Below are positions 60,822-64,000 of a stretch of 64,000 bases of DNA, piece after piece. Both the position numbers and the translations under genes were made by a program. The notes beneath the pieces were generated by a model. It searched no databases. It saw nothing but the letters and a program-made list of their open reading frames with translations, and was not told where the DNA came from. Numbering within the stretch: the first letter of the stretch is position 1; each line of letters opens with the position of its first letter. Origin of the DNA: Prevotella sp. (lineage in GTDB: Bacteria > Bacteroidota > Bacteroidia > Bacteroidales > Bacteroidaceae); contig JAFYZT010000045.1 in NCBI GenBank assembly GCA_017548605.1, forward strand, positions 4,332 to 68,331. The letters are read 5' to 3'.

Positions 60822-62845
60822 AACGTCAGTTCTAAGCTAAGGGCGTAGTTGCGTTTGGGCATGGGGTAGTTTACGATGACATCGTAGTCCTGGCTCAGCA
60901 GGTTGTTCACCTCCAAAGTCGCTTTCCAGTGCATCTTCCCCATCTGTCGCTCGTAGGTCAATCCCAGGTCGTTGGTGTACCACGGCTCCATGTGGTTGTA
61001 GATGATGTTCTCCGGCTCGTTGTAACGCTCGCCGGCATAGATGAAACTGTAGTTCACACCCCAACCCTTCCAAGTGGCACCGAGGATGAGCGAGCCGCTA
61101 TGCCAGGGGATATAGGGCAACTGGTCTTTGTAATAAGGTGTGTCGGGGTCGGTCACGTCACGGGCATCCTGATAGGTATATTGCACGCGGCCGGTGACCA
61201 ACAGTTGGGGCAGGGGGGCGAGGGTGGCCGAGGCTCCCACGTCGATACCGTGAATCTTCACCTTGCCCATGTTGAGCATTGTCCAACGGAACTGCTGTCC
61301 CTTGGGGTAGGCCACAATCTTATCGGTCACGTGGTTATAGTAACCGTCAATCTGGAATGATAACTGGCGAAGCGCGCCGCGCTGCCAACTCTTGTCGTAC
61401 ATCATGCCGATGTCGTATTGTGTGGCGCGTTCGGGACGTAAAGAGGCATTGCCGAGGTCGGTATAGTAAAGGTCGTTGAACGTCGGCATGCGGAAACTCT
61501 CTTTCACATAGGCACGCAACGACAGGGCATGGTCGCTGAAGGGAAAGACGTTGACGAATAAGGCGGGGGTGAAACGTCCACGGTCGTTGGTGCTATTGTC
61601 CAGACGGGTGCGGTCGTGGATAAAACTGTAGAGGATGCTGGCCTGTGCTTTGACACGCCAGAAATCGATGCCCGTAGCCAGTGACACGAGGTGCGACCAA
61701 CGAGTGGGACGGGCAAAGCGGTATGTTGTGGCGTTCAACTTGTTGTATCGGGCGTCGTAGCTCATCGACACGCTCCATCCGCGCATCACTTCATACACAT
61801 GCGAGGTGGTGAGGTAGAACTCTTGCTGGTAATATTTGTTGTCGACAGGCAAAAGGGTAGGGTCGTTGTTCTCATAATGGGTGCGGTAGTAGGCCCACTT
61901 GCCCATCACACGGGTGCTGTAACGGTCACCGAAACTCTTCTGCCACGCGCCTTGCACAAAGGTGTTCAGGTCACCCTGACGCTCACCGCGCCGCCACACA
62001 TTGTTGACGATGGCACCGGGGATGCCGCGGGCACTGTTATACAGGTAGCCTTTCACATGCCAATAGCCTTGGTCAATCACGCCGTGCAGGTTGGCTTCCA
62101 CACGCTCGGCATGGATATCACCATTCTGTCGTGTCGCCGTAGTGTCCCAGGCCACGGTATGGTCGAGGTTGAAACGGCGGTAACGGAACTTGTACTTGCC
62201 GCTGGCAGTGACGAAACCGGCGGAGAGCGAGGCGCTCACGTCGTCGTTCAGTTTCTGCTCCCAGAGAGCGGTGCTCCTGAACAGGTCGCTGGAGCCGTAT
62301 GTGGCCTTGAAACGCAAGTGCTGTCGTTCACCATGAAGAAAACGGGGACGGCGTGTGCGGATATATACGCTGCCGGCATTGCCGAAGTCACTCGCTGTCT
62401 GGAAGATGGCACTCTTCTGACCGTTGTACAACGTCACCTCTTCCACATTATCCAAGGAGAACTGCCCCAGGTCAATTTGTCCGTTCTGGGCATTTCCCAA
62501 CTCAATGCCGTCGTAGTAGATGCCCAGATGGTGCGTGCCCATTGAACGGATGTTCACGGTCTTGATGCCGCCCACACCACCGTAGTCCTTCAGCTGGATG
62601 CCTGAGAAATAACGCAGGGCATCGGCAATGCTGTGGCTGCTCATGCGCTCCAACTCTTTGCCGCCTAACTTCTGTGAGGGCACTACCTCGCGGAACACCA
62701 GTTTGCCGCGCACCACCACCTCGCCAATGCTGCCGATAGTGTCTGCTGGGGTGGAAGACACATCTGTATCTTGGGCAAACAATAGGCTTGTCCAGACAAT
62801 ACAACCCAGAAGAAAAGTAAGGCGCAGCCTGATGTTACTTGGCAT
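60818..62845 (-). CDS. btuB: TonB-dependent receptor, BtuB-like (cobalamin riboswitch upstream)
   Basis: Signal peptide, plug motifs (GEVVVRGK, IRSMGTHHLGIYYDGIELGNAQNGQIDLGQF) and a C-terminal LSLELTL. Lies about 80 nt downstream of a cobalamin riboswitch. Confidence 0.8.
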   Translation of the reverse strand: MPSNIRLRLTFLLGCIVWTSLLFAQDTDVSSTPADTIGSIGEVVVRGKLVFREVVPSQKLGGKELERMSSHSIADALRYFSGIQLKDYGGVGGIKTVNIRSMGTHHLGIYYDGIELGNAQNGQIDLGQFSLDNVEEVTLYNGQKSAIFQTASDFGNAGSVYIRTRRPRFLHGERQHLRFKATYGSSDLFRSTALWEQKLNDDVSASLSAGFVTASGKYKFRYRRFNLDHTVAWDTTATRQNGDIHAERVEANLHGVIDQGYWHVKGYLYNSARGIPGAIVNNVWRRGERQGDLNTFVQGAWQKSFGDRYSTRVMGKWAYYRTHYENNDPTLLPVDNKYYQQEFYLTTSHVYEVMRGWSVSMSYDARYNKLNATTYRFARPTRWSHLVSLATGIDFWRVKAQASILYSFIHDRTRLDNSTNDRGRFTPALFVNVFPFSDHALSLRAYVKESFRMPTFNDLYYTDLGNASLRPERATQYDIGMMYDKSWQRGALRQLSFQIDGYYNHVTDKIVAYPKGQQFRWTMLNMGKVKIHGIDVGASATLAPLPQLLVTGRVQYTYQDARDVTDPDTPYYKDQLPYIPWHSGSLILGATWKGWGVNYSFIYAGERYNEPENIIYNHMEPWYTNDLGLTYERQMGKMHWKATLEVNNLLSQDYDVIVNYPMPKRNYALSLELTL

Positions 62846-62924
62846 ACAGCTTAACTACTTAACTACTATTTACTTAACTACCCAAAAATGATTATATACC
62901 GCACTAACCCAAGAGCACGGCATG

Positions 62925-63092
62925 TGCTGGGCAAAGGCAGGTCTTCTGACTTCGTTGACCGTCGGCGAACGCCTTCCCGAAATAATCAGTGGCTCGTTGT
63001 TCGCGGCGATAATGACAACTCACAGCAGCTGGACTGTCCGGGACTTACACCCGTGTTCCCTTTTTAATCACGTATAGTGAACCTGTTGCTTT
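62925..63092 (-). promoter_or_regulatory. cobalamin (B12) riboswitch upstream of btuB-like operon
   Basis: The minus strand reads AAAAGGGAACACGGGTGTAAGTCCCGGACAGTCCAGCTGCTGTGAG ... GAGCCACTG ... GGGAAGGCG ... AGTCAGAAGACCTGCC (B12 box). A -7 box lies just upstream at 63102-63110. Confidence 0.85.
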
Positions 63093-63297
63093 GTTAACGA
63101 TGCAAAAGTAACCTTTTTTTCGATATACGCAAAAAAAACACTTAGGTTTTTTAGTGTTCTCATTAAGTGATTTGAAAGGGAAACTTTTTCCGAGATAAGA
63201 ATACGTGAACATATGGTGAAGAGAAATCCCTCTCAACAATAGGGAAAATCCTACACCTGTTTAGGAATTATCCTTTGTCGGATAGCATAATCTGCTT

Positions 63298-63411
63298 TAC
63301 CTTTGCACACAGAAACACAGCATTACACCTATCCAGCACGAAAACGCACGAATATATTATTAGGTTATTTAGATTATGGCCGTGCCTCACCTCTAGGCAC
63401 GGCCTTTTTTT
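63298..63411 (+). ncRNA. candidate small RNA (own -7 box plus intrinsic terminator)
   Basis: TAccTTTG at 63298-63305. Hairpin GGCCGTGCC/GGCACGGCC (63378-63386 / 63396-63404) followed by T7 (63405-63411). No credible ORF in between. Confidence 0.4.
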
Positions 63412-63485
63412 GTTTATTCCCCTCCTATTCCTGCACCTCAGCAAAAAAATGAACTCGTTCATTTTGTTTTGTCTTCGGTTTGCAC

Positions 63486-63493
63486 TACCTTTG
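63486..63493 (+). promoter_or_regulatory. Bacteroidota -7 box (TAccTTTG) for thrS
   Basis: tacctttg, 28 nt upstream of ATG 63521. Confidence 0.55.
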
Positions 63494-63520
63494 CACTGAA
63501 TTTCAAAAAACTATATTTGT

Positions 63521-64000
63521 ATGTTAGTAAAAATCACTTTTCCGGACGGCTCCGTGCGCGAATATGAGCAGGGAGTGACCGGCTATCAAATCGCAGAGAG
63601 CATATCGCCGGCTCTCGCCCGCGACGTTGTATCTTGCGGGGTTAATGGCGAGACAGTGGAACTGAACCGTCCTATCCTCAACGATGCCACCATCGCGCTC
63701 TATAAGTTCGACGATGACGAGGGTAAACACACTTTCTGGCACACGTCGGCACACTTGTTGGCCGAGGCGCTAAAAGAGCTTTACCCAGGCATACAGTTCG
63801 GTTTCGGTCCGGCAGTGGAGAACGGCTTCTTCTATGATGTCATGCCAAAAGAGGGTGACGTCATCAGCGAATCCGACTTCCCGAAAATCGAGGAGAAGAT
63901 GCGCGAACTGGCTAAGCGTAATGAGCCGGTGATCCGCCGCGACATCTCCAAGGCAGACGCCATGACGGAGTTTAAGGCCGACGGACAGACGTATAAGTGC
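63521..64000 (+). CDS. thrS: threonine--tRNA ligase, N-terminal part (runs off right edge)
   Basis: Not in the ORF track. Manual translation from ATG 63521 gives [52 protein letters not shown]...[35 protein letters not shown], i.e. TGS plus second additional domain of ThrRS. Confidence 0.85.
   Translation, partial: MLVKITFPDGSVREYEQGVTGYQIAESISPALARDVVSCGVNGETVELNRPILNDATIALYKFDDDEGKHTFWHTSAHLLAEALKELYPGIQFGFGPAVENGFFYDVMPKEGDVISESDFPKIEEKMRELAKRNEPVIRRDISKADAMTEFKADGQTYKC

Noticed and set aside
1-64000. tRNA, rRNA, integrase/transposase, toxin-antitoxin or known defence-system genes
   Set aside because: I scanned the intergenic regions and the ORF list by eye. I found no cloverleaf-like sequence with a T-loop GGTTCGAATCC-type motif, no recombinase motifs and no recognisable defence modules. 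Absence should still be confirmed with tRNAscan-SE, ISEScan and DefenseFinder.

Overview
64-kb window from a Bacteroidota chromosome, probably Prevotellaceae-like. This is inferred from TAnnTTTG -7 promoter boxes, many T9SS C-terminal sorting domains and TonB-dependent receptors. Left part (1-16.3 kb): housekeeping and envelope genes, including a LolE-like permease, aminotransferase, TonB receptor, DUF4494, YggS, a PLC-like lipoprotein, an LRR surface protein, an M6 metalloprotease, EFR1 ferredoxin and a PaaK-type ligase. Middle (16.5-40.3 kb): a phage-derived morphogenesis module. It has a CI/LexA-like repressor, large terminase, portal-like, scaffold-like, HK97-like capsid, adaptor-like ORFs, a collagen/metallophosphoesterase fibre and an 896-aa orphan. 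I find no integrase, replication, lysis or tail-tube genes. The module is interrupted by an FHA/PP2C signalling cassette and Sel1/TPR genes, and three of its operons carry the same conserved promoter module. Right part (41-64 kb): an AraC-type regulator, giant T9SS surface proteins and two cobalamin riboswitches. One riboswitch precedes a btuB/btuG-like operon ending in a 1859-aa T9SS protein; the other precedes a 1424-aa T9SS protein. thrS starts at the right edge. Nearly every intergenic gap holds short repeats: GGGAGGG hairpin/G-rich REP-like units, 7-9-nt word arrays, ~96-bp tandem repeats and a ~150-nt transcribed repeat. Several repeats lie in frame inside ORFs. All functional calls rest on motif recognition by eye; no searches were run.
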